DNA of 58,277 nt from sequence record SRR20825019_1533; one strand, written 5' to 3'. Positions within the stretch are counted from its first letter, which is position 1. Every line of letters starts with the position of its first letter. Shown in pieces: positions 1 through 9,947 of this stretch. The position numbers and the translations under genes are program-made. The notes beneath the pieces are model-generated. The model was not told the origin of the DNA. It saw only the letters and a list, made by a program, of their open reading frames with translations, and ran no database searches.

Positions 1-25
1 GGCGGAGATGAAAGAGCAACAGGCC

Positions 26-1441
26 CTAATGTTTGCGGCTGCGTCTTGGCGGTCTTTGTGACTTTTTCTCGTTGCTTTCCGGTGGCTTAGACTGTCTGTC
101 ACGAAATGGATTGTCACTGGTTTTGAATTCAATCATAACCGGCGTGCCCTGCAATTTGAGTGCTTCCCTGAAAAAATTTTCCAGGTAGCGTTTGTAGCTG
201 TTCGGGGTCGCTTCAGTCTGATTGCCGTGAATAATAATGCGTGGCGGGTTCTTGCCCCCCAGGTGGGCATAGCGGAATTTAATCCGACGCCCTCTCACCA
301 GCGGAGGCTGATGGTCCGCAACGGCATCTTCCAGTACCCGCGTCAAGCGCGAGGTCGGCACTTTAGTCATTGCTGACTGGTAAGCCTGCCTGACCGTCTT
401 CAATAATAAACCCACACCACTACCATGTAATGCAGAAATAAAGTGGGTTTTGGCGAAATTCATGAAAGGCAAGCGTCTTTCCAGGGTTGTTGCCACCCAT
501 TCACGTTCACTTTTTTCCAGCCCGTCCCATTTATTGACTGCGAGCACGACGGCACGGCCGCTTTCAATAATAAGACCTGCAAGGTGTAAATCCTGTTCTA
601 CAATGCCTTCATGCGCATCCAGAACCAGCATAACCACATTGGCATCTTCCAGTGCCTGCAGCGTTTTAAGCACACTGAATTTTTCCAGCTTTTCCGAGAC
701 CTTGGAGCGGCGTCTGACACCGGCTGTATCAATCAAGGTGTATTTGACGCCATCTTTTTCAAATGGAATATGAATACTGTCTCGAGTGGTTCCGGGCTCA
801 TCAAAGGCGACAACGCGTTCTTCACCCAAAAGACGATTAATCAGAGTGGATTTGCCGACATTCGGGCGACCTAAAACCGCTAAGCGGATATCATCCTCTT
901 TGTCGTCAGTCTCGTTGAGTTCCGCTTCACTGAGCTCAACGACCTCGGCTTCAGGGACTGCATCACGAATCTCACTGAAGACAGCAGTCATACCCCGCCC
1001 CTGCGTGGCTGAAATCACCAGTGGTTCACCAAGAGCCAGGGCATAAAATTCGGCAGCTACCAGTTCCCGCTGTTCACCTTCGGTTTTGTTGATCACAAGC
1101 CTAATCGGTTTGCCCTGATTACGCAGTTGCTGGGCAATATCATGATCAGCTGGCATCAGGCCAGCGCGGCCATCCACTATGAAGAGCACGAGATCAGCTT
1201 CATCAATTGCCAGTTGAGCCTGCTTACGCATCAGTTCTGCCATATTGTCAGACTGATCAGTCAGACCACCGGTATCGATAAGAATAAAGTCGAGGCCTTC
1301 TTCGCGTACTGTGCCGTAGATACGATCACGTGTGAGACCCGCGAAGTCAGCAACAAGGGCATCACGACTGTGTGTCAGACGATTGAATAGCGTCGATTTG
1401 CCGACATTCGGTCGACCTACCAGAGCAATAACGGGTTTCAA
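26..1441 (-). CDS. der: Ribosome biogenesis GTPase Der (EngA)
   Basis: Two tandem G domains (GRPNVGKS twice, DTGG/DTAG, NKxE/NKWD) and a C-terminal KH-like domain; TTG start. Confidence 0.97.
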   Translation of the reverse strand: MKPVIALVGRPNVGKSTLFNRLTHSRDALVADFAGLTRDRIYGTVREEGLDFILIDTGGLTDQSDNMAELMRKQAQLAIDEADLVLFIVDGRAGLMPADHDIAQQLRNQGKPIRLVINKTEGEQRELVAAEFYALALGEPLVISATQGRGMTAVFSEIRDAVPEAEVVELSEAELNETDDKEDDIRLAVLGRPNVGKSTLINRLLGEERVVAFDEPGTTRDSIHIPFEKDGVKYTLIDTAGVRRRSKVSEKLEKFSVLKTLQALEDANVVMLVLDAHEGIVEQDLHLAGLIIESGRAVVLAVNKWDGLEKSEREWVATTLERRLPFMNFAKTHFISALHGSGVGLLLKTVRQAYQSAMTKVPTSRLTRVLEDAVADHQPPLVRGRRIKFRYAHLGGKNPPRIIIHGNQTEATPNSYKRYLENFFREALKLQGTPVMIEFKTSDNPFRDRQSKPPESNEKKSQRPPRRSRKH

Positions 1442-1443
1442 AA

Positions 1444-2613
1444 TCAGGGTACCTGTACAGCAGCAACAGTCCCGTCAGCAGCTGTCACATACAGCTTGCC
1501 GTCACGGACAAAAGGTTTGCTGACGATGGCGCTGTCAGCGATTTGCTGTCTGGCGACAAAACGACCGTCATTGCGGGCAATCCAGTGCAGATAACCTTCA
1601 AAATCACCCACTACCACGTAGTCGCCCGCAACAGCAGGACCGCTGACCTGACGACGTACCAGTCGGGTTTGACGCCACAGCGCGTCGCCACTGCCATCCT
1701 GCACTGCCCAGACATTGCCTTCATCATCCGTCACATAAACCGCTTCTCCCGGGACGGCATCCAGTCCTGCCTGTGAAGACATCTCACGCGTCCAGTAAAC
1801 CTGACCGGAGGTCAAATCCACACCGGCTACATTGCCCTGATAGGTAACGACATAGACGGTTTCGTTAATGATAACGGGCTCGGCATCGATATCAACCAGA
1901 CGATCCAGTTCGGTACGACCACTGGGCACGGCGATGCTTTTTTCCCAGATCACACTGCCGTCGGTAATCGATAAGGCCACCAGTTTACCGTTGTCATAAC
2001 CGGCAATAACTTTTCCATCAGCAATGACCGGTGCACCGGCACCGCGAAGGCTAAGCAAAGGCACCGCGCGCTGGTATGACCACAGCACTTCACCGGACTC
2101 TGATGACAGGCCACTGACTCGTCCATCTGCTGTTCTGGCCACAACTACCCCTTCGGCGGCACTGGGTGGTGCCAGCACTTCGCTGGTCAGACGTGTACGC
2201 CATAACTCTTCGCCATTTTCTGCAGACAATGCGACAACCTGAGCGTTTTTAGTACCGATAATGGCCATATTCAAACCACCACCGGCACCGGTAACGACCG
2301 GCAGGTCAAGTTCGGTTTCCCACAGACGACGACCGGTTTCAGCATTAAACGCGCTGACTTCACCTTCATAATCGACGGCGAAAACTTTGCCATCGTGCCA
2401 TGAGGCAGCCAGTTCATTACCGGTTTCATCCGCGCCATCACCAGCCTGATTGTCCCAGAGGATTTTAGGTTCAAACTCCGGTGTAAATTCAGTCAGTTCA
2501 CTGGGTGGGGCTTCGTAAACATCCTCAACAAAAAAATATTCGACAGCGCTGCAGCCTGTCACCAGCAGTGACAGCGGCAGTAACAGTACTGGAAAGAAAT
2601 GTTTAACCTTCAT
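1444..2613 (-). CDS. bamB: Outer membrane protein assembly lipoprotein BamB
   Basis: Lipobox LVTGC, PQQ-type beta-propeller repeats, RTELDRLVDID motif, position between yfgM and der. Start moved to MKVKHF. Confidence 0.93.
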   Translation of the reverse strand: MKVKHFFPVLLLPLSLLVTGCSAVEYFFVEDVYEAPPSELTEFTPEFEPKILWDNQAGDGADETGNELAASWHDGKVFAVDYEGEVSAFNAETGRRLWETELDLPVVTGAGGGLNMAIIGTKNAQVVALSAENGEELWRTRLTSEVLAPPSAAEGVVVARTADGRVSGLSSESGEVLWSYQRAVPLLSLRGAGAPVIADGKVIAGYDNGKLVALSITDGSVIWEKSIAVPSGRTELDRLVDIDAEPVIINETVYVVTYQGNVAGVDLTSGQVYWTREMSSQAGLDAVPGEAVYVTDDEGNVWAVQDGSGDALWRQTRLVRRQVSGPAVAGDYVVVGDFEGYLHWIARNDGRFVARQQIADSAIVSKPFVRDGKLYVTAADGTVAAVQVP

Positions 2614-3244
2614 TCGGTTTCGCCACGTCATCAAGTTTGATTTCTATCAGGGATTGTCTTGGCTCGCCCGGAGCAAGCTGCGTCAGCGCCTGCTGATAGG
2701 CGGCATGCGCTGCATTTCTGTCACCCTGTGCCAGTTTGATATCCCCTTCGAGTTCAGCAAACAGGGAACTGAAAGCCGCTGAATCCGCTTCAGCAATCAG
2801 GCTCAGTGCTTCATCCAGTTTGTCCTGACTATAATAGACCCGGGCCAGACGCAGTCTCGCTAACTCGCGATGACTTTGCAGTTCGGCTTCATCTTTAACC
2901 CAGTTCAGATAGTTCGCTGCAGCCTCAGCCTGGCCGTCCTCAAGCTTGTTTTCCGCCATTTCCAGTGCCGCAAAAACCGCATATGCTGTGGATGAGTAGT
3001 CTTGCATCAGTGTTTCAACCGTGCGCTCAGCATCGGCTGGTTGAGACTGGGACAATTGGATCGAAGCCTGCTGATAAATGATCGCGGCCTGCTGTGTCTG
3101 CACCTGCTGATAATTCATCCAGTAACGGAAACCGAAAATCGCTGCCAGGCCGAGGATGATGCCGGCCACGACTGAGCGACCATTATCCCGCCACCACTGC
3201 TTTATCGCTTCTGCTTTTTCTTCATCAGATGCATAGATATCCAT
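2603..3244 (-). CDS. yfgM: YfgM family TPR membrane protein (ancillary SecYEG subunit)
   Basis: N-terminal EEKAEAIKQWWRDNG, one TM segment, TPR-like helices with LARLRLARV. Confidence 0.9.
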   Translation of the reverse strand: MDIYASDEEKAEAIKQWWRDNGRSVVAGIILGLAAIFGFRYWMNYQQVQTQQAAIIYQQASIQLSQSQPADAERTVETLMQDYSSTAYAVFAALEMAENKLEDGQAEAAANYLNWVKDEAELQSHRELARLRLARVYYSQDKLDEALSLIAEADSAAFSSLFAELEGDIKLAQGDRNAAHAAYQQALTQLAPGEPRQSLIEIKLDDVAKPNEG

Positions 3245-3346
3245 GCTTTCTCCTTGCGCTGTCTATTCGCAGACCAGTTTATTCAAAACCTGAGATTATA
3301 CGTTTTTCTTAACAGCTTGTGGATCTTGTCTGCAATTGATCGCAAG

Positions 3347-3394
3347 CGCACCTGGATGGTGCGGAAAAACATGCTGCCGCACCATAAAAAGGCA
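3347..3394 (+). promoter_or_regulatory. Tandem NtrC-type enhancer sites upstream of amt
   Basis: CGCACC-N5-GGTGCG (3347-3363, perfect dyad) and CGCACC-N5-AAGGCA (3378-3394), 31 bp apart; they match the TGCACC-N5-GGTGCA consensus. Confidence 0.75.
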
Positions 3395-3456
3395 CATTAA
3401 TGCACAATTTTTGCACACGTCAATCGTAGGCTATTGATTTATATGGCTTGTCTGTT

Positions 3457-3473
3457 TTGGTGCAACTCTTGCT
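3457..3473 (+). promoter_or_regulatory. Sigma54 (-24/-12) promoter of amt
   Basis: TTGG-TGCAACTCTT-GCT gives GG-N10-GC spacing, about 40 bp before the start codon and downstream of the NtrC sites. Confidence 0.7.
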
Positions 3474-3512
3474 ATTTTGGTGCTCTACCCATAACAAAAG
3501 AAGGACAAGATT

Positions 3513-4697
3513 GTGCAAACCTCAGCTGATGTTTTATTCATACTACTGGGCGCCATCATGGTCTTAGCCATGCATGCCGGCTTCGCATTCCTGGAAGTGG
3601 GCACGGTGCGTAAAAAAAATCAGGTCAATGCGCTGGTCAAAATCATCGTCGATTTTGCCGTCTCCAGTATTGCTTATTTCTTTATCGGCTATGGCATCGC
3701 CTACAGCCTCAACTTTTTTGATGCGGCGCCTTCCCTGACCGAAAGCAACGGTTACGCATTGGTTAAATTCTTCTTCCTGCTCACCTTTGCTGCCGCAATT
3801 CCGGCCATTGTCTCCGGTGGTATTGCCGAGCGGGCCCGTTTCAATCCGCAACTGATCGCGACTTTTTTTATTGCGGGTTTTGTCTACCCCTTTTTCGAAG
3901 GCATTACCTGGAACGGCGCGTTCGGTATTCAGGACTGGCTCGCCAGTCAATTCGGTGCCGGCTTCCATGATTTTGCCGGCTCGGTCGTCGTACACGCTGT
4001 CGGCGGCTGGATAGCGTTGGCAGCGGTATTGCATCTGGGGCCGCGAAACGGCCGCTATGGGAAAGGCGGCGAAATGTATGCCCACCCGCCTTCCAGTATT
4101 CCATTCCTGGCGTTGGGTGCCTGGATCCTGACTGTGGGCTGGTTCGGCTTTAATGTGATGTCTGCTCAGGAAATTGATGGTATCAGCGGACTGGTTGCGG
4201 TGAACTCATTGATGGCTATGGTCGGTGGTATTCTCGCCGCCTGTCTGGTCGGACGAAATGACCCGGGTTTTGTTCACAATGGTCCCTTGGCAGGCTTAGT
4301 AGCGATCTGCGCCGGCTCTGACATCATGCACCCACTTGGTGCGCTGACCACAGGTCTGGTTGCCGGTGCGCTGTTCGTCTGGACCTTCACACTGACTCAG
4401 AACAGATGGAAAATCGATGATGTCCTGGGCGTCTGGCCACTGCACGGTCTGTGTGGTGTCTGGGGCGGTATCGCGGCCGGTATTTTCGGTCAGCTGGCCC
4501 TGGGAGGAATGGGCGGCGTCAGTCTTAGCTCGCAGCTGATTGGCACTGCATTGGGTGTGATTGTGGCCTTCGTCGGCGGTTTTATCGTTTACGGCGTGTT
4601 GAAGCTGGTAATGGGACTGAGACTGACTCAGGAAGAAGAATATCAGGGTGCCGATTTAAGTATTCACAAAATCAACGCCTCACCCAGTAACGACTGA
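3513..4697 (+). CDS. amt: Ammonium transporter (Amt family)
   Basis: Multi-TM protein with GFAFLEVG, DFAGSVVVH, GWFGFN and IDDVLGVWPLHG motifs; GTG start after the AAGGA RBS. Confidence 0.95.
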   Translation: MQTSADVLFILLGAIMVLAMHAGFAFLEVGTVRKKNQVNALVKIIVDFAVSSIAYFFIGYGIAYSLNFFDAAPSLTESNGYALVKFFFLLTFAAAIPAIVSGGIAERARFNPQLIATFFIAGFVYPFFEGITWNGAFGIQDWLASQFGAGFHDFAGSVVVHAVGGWIALAAVLHLGPRNGRYGKGGEMYAHPPSSIPFLALGAWILTVGWFGFNVMSAQEIDGISGLVAVNSLMAMVGGILAACLVGRNDPGFVHNGPLAGLVAICAGSDIMHPLGALTTGLVAGALFVWTFTLTQNRWKIDDVLGVWPLHGLCGVWGGIAAGIFGQLALGGMGGVSLSSQLIGTALGVIVAFVGGFIVYGVLKLVMGLRLTQEEEYQGADLSIHKINASPSND

Positions 4698-4708
4698 TCA
4701 ACCGGGTT

Positions 4709-4736
4709 TCCGGTAGCTGGTTGAACAGCTACCGGA
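4709..4736. terminator. Hairpin between convergent amt and lpxA
   Basis: 11-bp perfect stem TCCGGTAGCTG/CAGCTACCGGA with a 6-nt loop, overlapping the lpxA stop; no clear U-tract. Confidence 0.45.
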
Positions 4737-5499
4737 TAATACCGCCTTCCTGTCTATCCAGAAACGAGAATAAAAGCTCAAGCTCTTGGTCTTGCTGTTC
4801 CATTGAGCGCAGTTTCTGTTCGGCCTCTTCCATGCGTAAACCCGAGCGATAGAGATACTTGTAGGCCTGACGAATATTCCTGATCTGGCTGTCGTTGAAC
4901 TGCCGACGTCGTAGCCCTTCGACATTGACGCCCACCGGTTTGGCCATATGCCCGGAAACCAGAACATACGGCGGCACATTGCGGGAAATCACACTTCCCA
5001 TCGCACTGAAGCTGTGTGAGCCCAGATAATTGAACTGACTGACCAGGGTAAAGCCGCCCAGAATCACATAATCATCAATCAGTACATGACCAGCCAGTGA
5101 AGCGTTGTTGGCAAAAATATTGTCGTTACCGACAATGCAATCATGGGCGATATGAACATAGGCCATGATCCAGTTATTATTGCCAATCCGGGTCACACCA
5201 CCACCACCGACCGTACCGCGGTTGATAGTCACAGACTCACGAATCAGATTGTTATCACCGATTTCAAGCCGGGTATCTTCACCGTGGAATTTCTTATCCT
5301 GTGGTTCTTCACCAATTGAAGCGAACTGGAAAATACGATTGTTGTTACCGATGCGGGTTGGGCCGTTAATGACAACATGCGACATGATTTCACAGCCGGA
5401 ACCGATTTCTACCTTGGGTCCGATGACCGTGAAAGGGCCGATTTTGACGTCATCTGCAATGATGGCGCTGGGATCGATAATGGCGCTGGGATGAATCAC
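4729..5499 (-). CDS. lpxA: UDP-N-acetylglucosamine O-acyltransferase
   Basis: Hexapeptide repeats, PQDKKF and HIAHDC motifs; follows fabZ. Confidence 0.97.
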   Translation of the reverse strand: MIHPSAIIDPSAIIADDVKIGPFTVIGPKVEIGSGCEIMSHVVINGPTRIGNNNRIFQFASIGEEPQDKKFHGEDTRLEIGDNNLIRESVTINRGTVGGGGVTRIGNNNWIMAYVHIAHDCIVGNDNIFANNASLAGHVLIDDYVILGGFTLVSQFNYLGSHSFSAMGSVISRNVPPYVLVSGHMAKPVGVNVEGLRRRQFNDSQIRNIRQAYKYLYRSGLRMEEAEQKLRSMEQQDQELELLFSFLDRQEGGIIR

Positions 5500-5945
5500 T
5501 TGGGCATTTCTTGGTTAACACACATGATATCAGCGCTGACGACAACTTCACCGTCAACGCTGGCTTCGCCACTGAACTTCCATAAATTGCGTTTATTTTT
5601 AATCAATTTGACTTCCAGTTTCAATTGATCACCGGGCTCAACCGGCTTTTTGAAGCGGGCATTGTCAATGCCGGCCAGGTAATAAAGTGCTTCATCGGAA
5701 CGGATTGCATCAGCAGTTTTGAAAGCCAGCAAGCCGGTAGCCTGTGCCAGCGATTCAAGGATAAGGACACCGGGCATGATCACACGCTGGGGAAAGTGAC
5801 CGGTAAAATGCGGCTCGTTGAAGGTGACATTCTTGATGCCGACCAAGTGCTCACCGGGTGTAAATTCAATCACTCTGTCAATCAGCAGGAATGGATACCG
5901 ATGCGGTAACAGACGTTGAATTTCGTGTATATCAATCGTGTTCAA
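5496..5945 (-). CDS. fabZ: 3-hydroxyacyl-ACP dehydratase FabZ
   Basis: [13 protein letters not shown] and [14 protein letters not shown] motifs. Start probably the TTG at 5945, after the AAGGG RBS. Confidence 0.96.
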   Translation of the reverse strand: MNTIDIHEIQRLLPHRYPFLLIDRVIEFTPGEHLVGIKNVTFNEPHFTGHFPQRVIMPGVLILESLAQATGLLAFKTADAIRSDEALYYLAGIDNARFKKPVEPGDQLKLEVKLIKNKRNLWKFSGEASVDGEVVVSADIMCVNQEMPK

Positions 5946-6043
5946 ACCAATACCCTTGGACTTATCGTGGTAACAAAAGACCAACAATCTTACTGTGAGT
6001 CACTCTGCCGGTAAAGTAAAAAGGCAGCACCACAGTCGGATCC

Positions 6044-7060
6044 TCAGTCTTTCAGCCGTTTTTCCAACAGGGTTACCCGCTCAAATAACTTATCCATCTG
6101 CCGATGGCGGATCACATTTTTATGCCATTGCCGGGCTGGTTCAACCGGGATACCCGATGAATAAACGCCTGCTTCAGTAATGGATTTAGTTACCATACTC
6201 ATGCCGGTAAGCTGAACACCGTCGGCAATGTCGATATGACCAGCAATGCCAGTGCCACCACCAATGGCACAATAGCTGCCAATATGGGTACTACCAGCAA
6301 TACCAACGCAGCCGGCGATCACTGTATGGTCACCTATGGTCACGTTATGGCCGATTTGAATCTGGTTATCCAGTTTAACGCCCTGACCAATAACGGTGTC
6401 ATCAATCGCGCCGCGATCAATGGTCGTGTTGGCACCAATTTCGACATCATCACCGATAATGACACGTCCCAACTGCGGGACTTTAATCCAGCGTCCCTGG
6501 TCATTGGCAATACCGAAGCCGTCTGCCCCGATAACGACACCGGGATGAATCAGAACCCGTTCACCAATCTGCACCTCACGACACAGGGTAACGTTTGCCC
6601 TGATAACAGCATCGCGACCGATATGTACATTCGCCTCAATCACGCTGCCGGGACCAATAGAGGCCCCTTCATCAATGACGGCGCCTTGCTCTACTGTGAC
6701 CTGCGCTGCAATACTGACGTTATCTGCAATACGCGCTTCAGGATGTATCCAGGCTGCAGGATGAATACCGGCTTCTGCTTTGGTAAGCGGGTGCATTAGC
6801 GTGGCCGCCCGGGCATAGGCAACGTAAGCATCTGCAACCACAATCAGGTTGGTATTGGCGCCTGCTTCCACCTCTGCCCCAACGATAACGGCGCCGGCAT
6901 TGGTGGTAGCAAGGAATTTTTTATATTTGTTATTGGCCAGAAAACTGATTTGTTCCGGACCCGCATGCGTCAGGGTGCCAACGCTTTGAATACGATATTC
7001 CGGGTCACCGACAACCTGACCATTAACATGCTGAGCGATCTGCGCTAATGTCCAGCTCAC
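6044..7060 (-). CDS. lpxD: UDP-3-O-acylglucosamine N-acyltransferase
   Basis: Hexapeptide repeats, GADGFG, TIDRGA and KLDNQIQIGHN motifs. Confidence 0.97.
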   Translation of the reverse strand: MSWTLAQIAQHVNGQVVGDPEYRIQSVGTLTHAGPEQISFLANNKYKKFLATTNAGAVIVGAEVEAGANTNLIVVADAYVAYARAATLMHPLTKAEAGIHPAAWIHPEARIADNVSIAAQVTVEQGAVIDEGASIGPGSVIEANVHIGRDAVIRANVTLCREVQIGERVLIHPGVVIGADGFGIANDQGRWIKVPQLGRVIIGDDVEIGANTTIDRGAIDDTVIGQGVKLDNQIQIGHNVTIGDHTVIAGCVGIAGSTHIGSYCAIGGGTGIAGHIDIADGVQLTGMSMVTKSITEAGVYSSGIPVEPARQWHKNVIRHRQMDKLFERVTLLEKRLKD

Positions 7061-7069
7061 GCCCTGGCT

Positions 7070-7579
7070 CTATTTCGCTTTAGCTTTCAGTTTTTCCAGC
7101 ACCTTGTCGGTCAGATCGACTTTGTCGCTGGCAAAAATCACACCCTGATACAGAATCAGGTCAAAGGATTCCTGTTTGGCCAGATCGACAATGGTTTCAG
7201 CAATATCTTTTTCCAGTTCACGCAGTTCTTCATTGCGGCGGATAGACAAATCTTCGCTGTACTCATCCTGTAAACGCTGCAGCTCACGCTGGTCACTGAG
7301 AATATCACGCTCTTTGTCACGACGTTCTTCAGCACCGAGAATCGCGCCGTCTTTATTCAGTTTTTCCTGTGCAGCTCGGAGTGCTCTATGCTTGGCTTCA
7401 AGAGACTGGCTTCTGGATGCGAATTCTTTTTCCAGTCGGGCCAGTGCCGCTGCCTTTTGTGGAGATTTATCCAGCACAACGCCTGCATTGACAACACCGA
7501 TCTTCAAATCTGCCGCATAACTGGCAGGTGCAGCAATCATCAAAGCGAACAACAGCCAAATAAACTTCATATTTTTCAC
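7070..7579 (-). CDS. skp: Periplasmic chaperone Skp/OmpH
   Basis: Signal peptide, KIGVVN, coiled coil and DLTDKVL motif; lies between bamA and lpxD. GTG start after GGAG. Confidence 0.92.
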   Translation of the reverse strand: MKNMKFIWLLFALMIAAPASYAADLKIGVVNAGVVLDKSPQKAAALARLEKEFASRSQSLEAKHRALRAAQEKLNKDGAILGAEERRDKERDILSDQRELQRLQDEYSEDLSIRRNEELRELEKDIAETIVDLAKQESFDLILYQGVIFASDKVDLTDKVLEKLKAKAK

Positions 7580-7598
7580 ACTCAACTCCAATGGTTAA

Positions 7599-9890
7599 TT
7601 AAAACGTCGATCCTAACGAGAACTGGAATGCTTCCGTCTCGTCACCATCTTCTTTACTAAGCGGGGCAGCAATGCTGAATGTCATCGCGCCGAATGGTGA
7701 AATCCAGATAGCTGACAGACCTGCTGAATATCGGAGCAGACCGGCATCGAAATCCTGGTTCACATCGTAGACGTTACCGAAATCAGTAAAGGCGCTGAGA
7801 CGGAACGATTTAAGGGTTTTATCCATAAACGGGACTGGGAAAATAACTTCTGCACCACCCGAAACAAGAAGATTACCGCCTACAGGCTCTTCATCCCCAT
7901 CTGATGTGCGTTCTTTAACACCCAGTGTGTTCGCTTGGAAACCACGAACACTTCTGATGCCACCCGCATAGAAATTTTCAAAGAACGGGAATTCGTTGGT
8001 ATCGCCATAGGCGTCACCATAACCAAACTCACCACGAATCGCAAAGGTCAGATCCTCGGTAATGGGTCTGTAGGCATTTGCCTTGTAGCGTAATTTATAG
8101 AACTGCAGCGACGGACCAGGTATGGCGACTTCAGCGTTGACGCTTTGTGCAATACCGCTGGTCGGCAGAATCGCACTGTCACGGCTATCACTGGACCAGC
8201 CGGCATTCAAGGTGACGGTATCAAAGCTGTCGCCTTCGCGATCGATAAATTCTTCATAGCGGAGAATTCTGTCCCTGCTGGGCAAATCAATCTCAGTGTG
8301 TTCATAACCAAAGCCCAGATCGATCCTATTCTCTTCAGAGATAGGAATACCGTAGGTGAAATCACCACCGAAGGCATCCAGTGTATAGCGTGCAATGTTG
8401 GCCTCGTCTGCATCCGTTTTACGGTAGTAGGCGTTAAAGCCCTGGCTGATACCGTCTATCGTCGCATAAGGGTTGGTATAACCAAAGCTGTATACTGTGT
8501 TGATACTGCTGTTATTGAAGCCGAATCGAATGTGTTTACCACTACCCAGGAAGTTTTTCTGAGTCACATTGGCATTGAAAATGATACCGTCTGACTGGGA
8601 ATAACCAACACCGGCAGACAAGCTGCCCGATGGCGTTTCGGTCACACCATAGTTCAAATCAACCTGGTCCTGCACGCCGGGTACCGGAATAGTCTCCACG
8701 TTGACGTTTTCAAAATAGCCTAACCGCGAGATTCGCGCTTTGGACTGTTCCACCTTGTCGGTCGCAATCCAGGCGGATTCCTGCTGGCGCATTTCTCGAC
8801 GCAGCACTTCATCACGGGTTTTACTGTTACCGGCAATCTGAATCCGTCTGACATAAGCACGGCGCCCCGGATCCACAAAGAAAGTCAGATCGACTTCTTT
8901 GGCTTCACGATCAATTTCCGGCACCGCATTGACGTTCGCAAAGGCATAGCCGTCATTGCCCAGTCGATTGGTCAGGTTTTCAGTACTCTTGGTGATCGCT
9001 TTTCGCGAGAACACCGAATTCTGTTTAATCGTCACCAGGTCGAACAACTCCTCTTCCGGCACAATCAAGTTACCGGCTAGACGGACTTCATCGATCTTGT
9101 ATTTCTCACCTTCAGTGATATTGATGGTGATGAACATGTTTTTCTTGTCATCACTGATCGACACCTGGGTCGATTCCACCGTGAAGTCGACATAACCACG
9201 GTCAAGGTAAAAAGAACGCAGCGTTTCCAGATCCGCTGACAGTTTCTGACGCGAGTATTGATTATCTTTAGTGATGAACGACAGTAAGGTGCCGGTGGTG
9301 GTCTGGAATTCCTCGGTCAGTTCCTCCTGCTCAAAAGAATCGTTACCGACGATGTTGATATCTTTGATGGTGGCAACAACGCCTTCGGCCATGGTGATGC
9401 GGATAGCGACGCGGTTACGGGACAGTGGCGTCACTTCTGATTCAATCGCCACACCATACTTACCGCGGCTGAAATACTGGCGTTCCAGTTCCAGTTCGAC
9501 CCTTTCCAGCATGGCCTGTTCGAATACCTGGCCTTCACCGAAACCGATGTCACGCAAAGACTTGAGCAGTTCTGCCGAGTCCATGTCCTTATTACCCACC
9601 AGTTCGATACTGGAGATGGCCGGTCTTTCCTGAACTTTGATAACCAGGACATTATCCTGACGTTCAACCTGAACGTCTTCAAAATACTTGGACTTATAGA
9701 GGGAGCGAATGATACCGCGGGCATCATTGTCGGTCATTTCATCGCCGACTTTGACGGGAAGGTAATTGAACACGGTACCAGCTGAAATACGCTGCAGTCC
9801 TTCTACCCGAATATCTTCAATCGTAAAAGTCTCTGCCATGACTGCTGCAGAGAGACATAACATGACCAAAACTTGCAGTAATTTTCTCAT
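7599..9890 (-). CDS. bamA: Outer membrane protein assembly factor BamA
   Basis: POTRA domains (IRVEGLQRIS), ENFYAGG..VRGF motif, C-terminal Phe. Confidence 0.98.
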   Translation of the reverse strand: MRKLLQVLVMLCLSAAVMAETFTIEDIRVEGLQRISAGTVFNYLPVKVGDEMTDNDARGIIRSLYKSKYFEDVQVERQDNVLVIKVQERPAISSIELVGNKDMDSAELLKSLRDIGFGEGQVFEQAMLERVELELERQYFSRGKYGVAIESEVTPLSRNRVAIRITMAEGVVATIKDINIVGNDSFEQEELTEEFQTTTGTLLSFITKDNQYSRQKLSADLETLRSFYLDRGYVDFTVESTQVSISDDKKNMFITINITEGEKYKIDEVRLAGNLIVPEEELFDLVTIKQNSVFSRKAITKSTENLTNRLGNDGYAFANVNAVPEIDREAKEVDLTFFVDPGRRAYVRRIQIAGNSKTRDEVLRREMRQQESAWIATDKVEQSKARISRLGYFENVNVETIPVPGVQDQVDLNYGVTETPSGSLSAGVGYSQSDGIIFNANVTQKNFLGSGKHIRFGFNNSSINTVYSFGYTNPYATIDGISQGFNAYYRKTDADEANIARYTLDAFGGDFTYGIPISEENRIDLGFGYEHTEIDLPSRDRILRYEEFIDREGDSFDTVTLNAGWSSDSRDSAILPTSGIAQSVNAEVAIPGPSLQFYKLRYKANAYRPITEDLTFAIRGEFGYGDAYGDTNEFPFFENFYAGGIRSVRGFQANTLGVKERTSDGDEEPVGGNLLVSGGAEVIFPVPFMDKTLKSFRLSAFTDFGNVYDVNQDFDAGLLRYSAGLSAIWISPFGAMTFSIAAPLSKEDGDETEAFQFSLGSTF

Positions 9891-9947
9891 TGTAATTAGT
9901 ACTAACGATCCGTCGACGAAGTTGTAAGTGTACCTGCAAAGGCAGCA

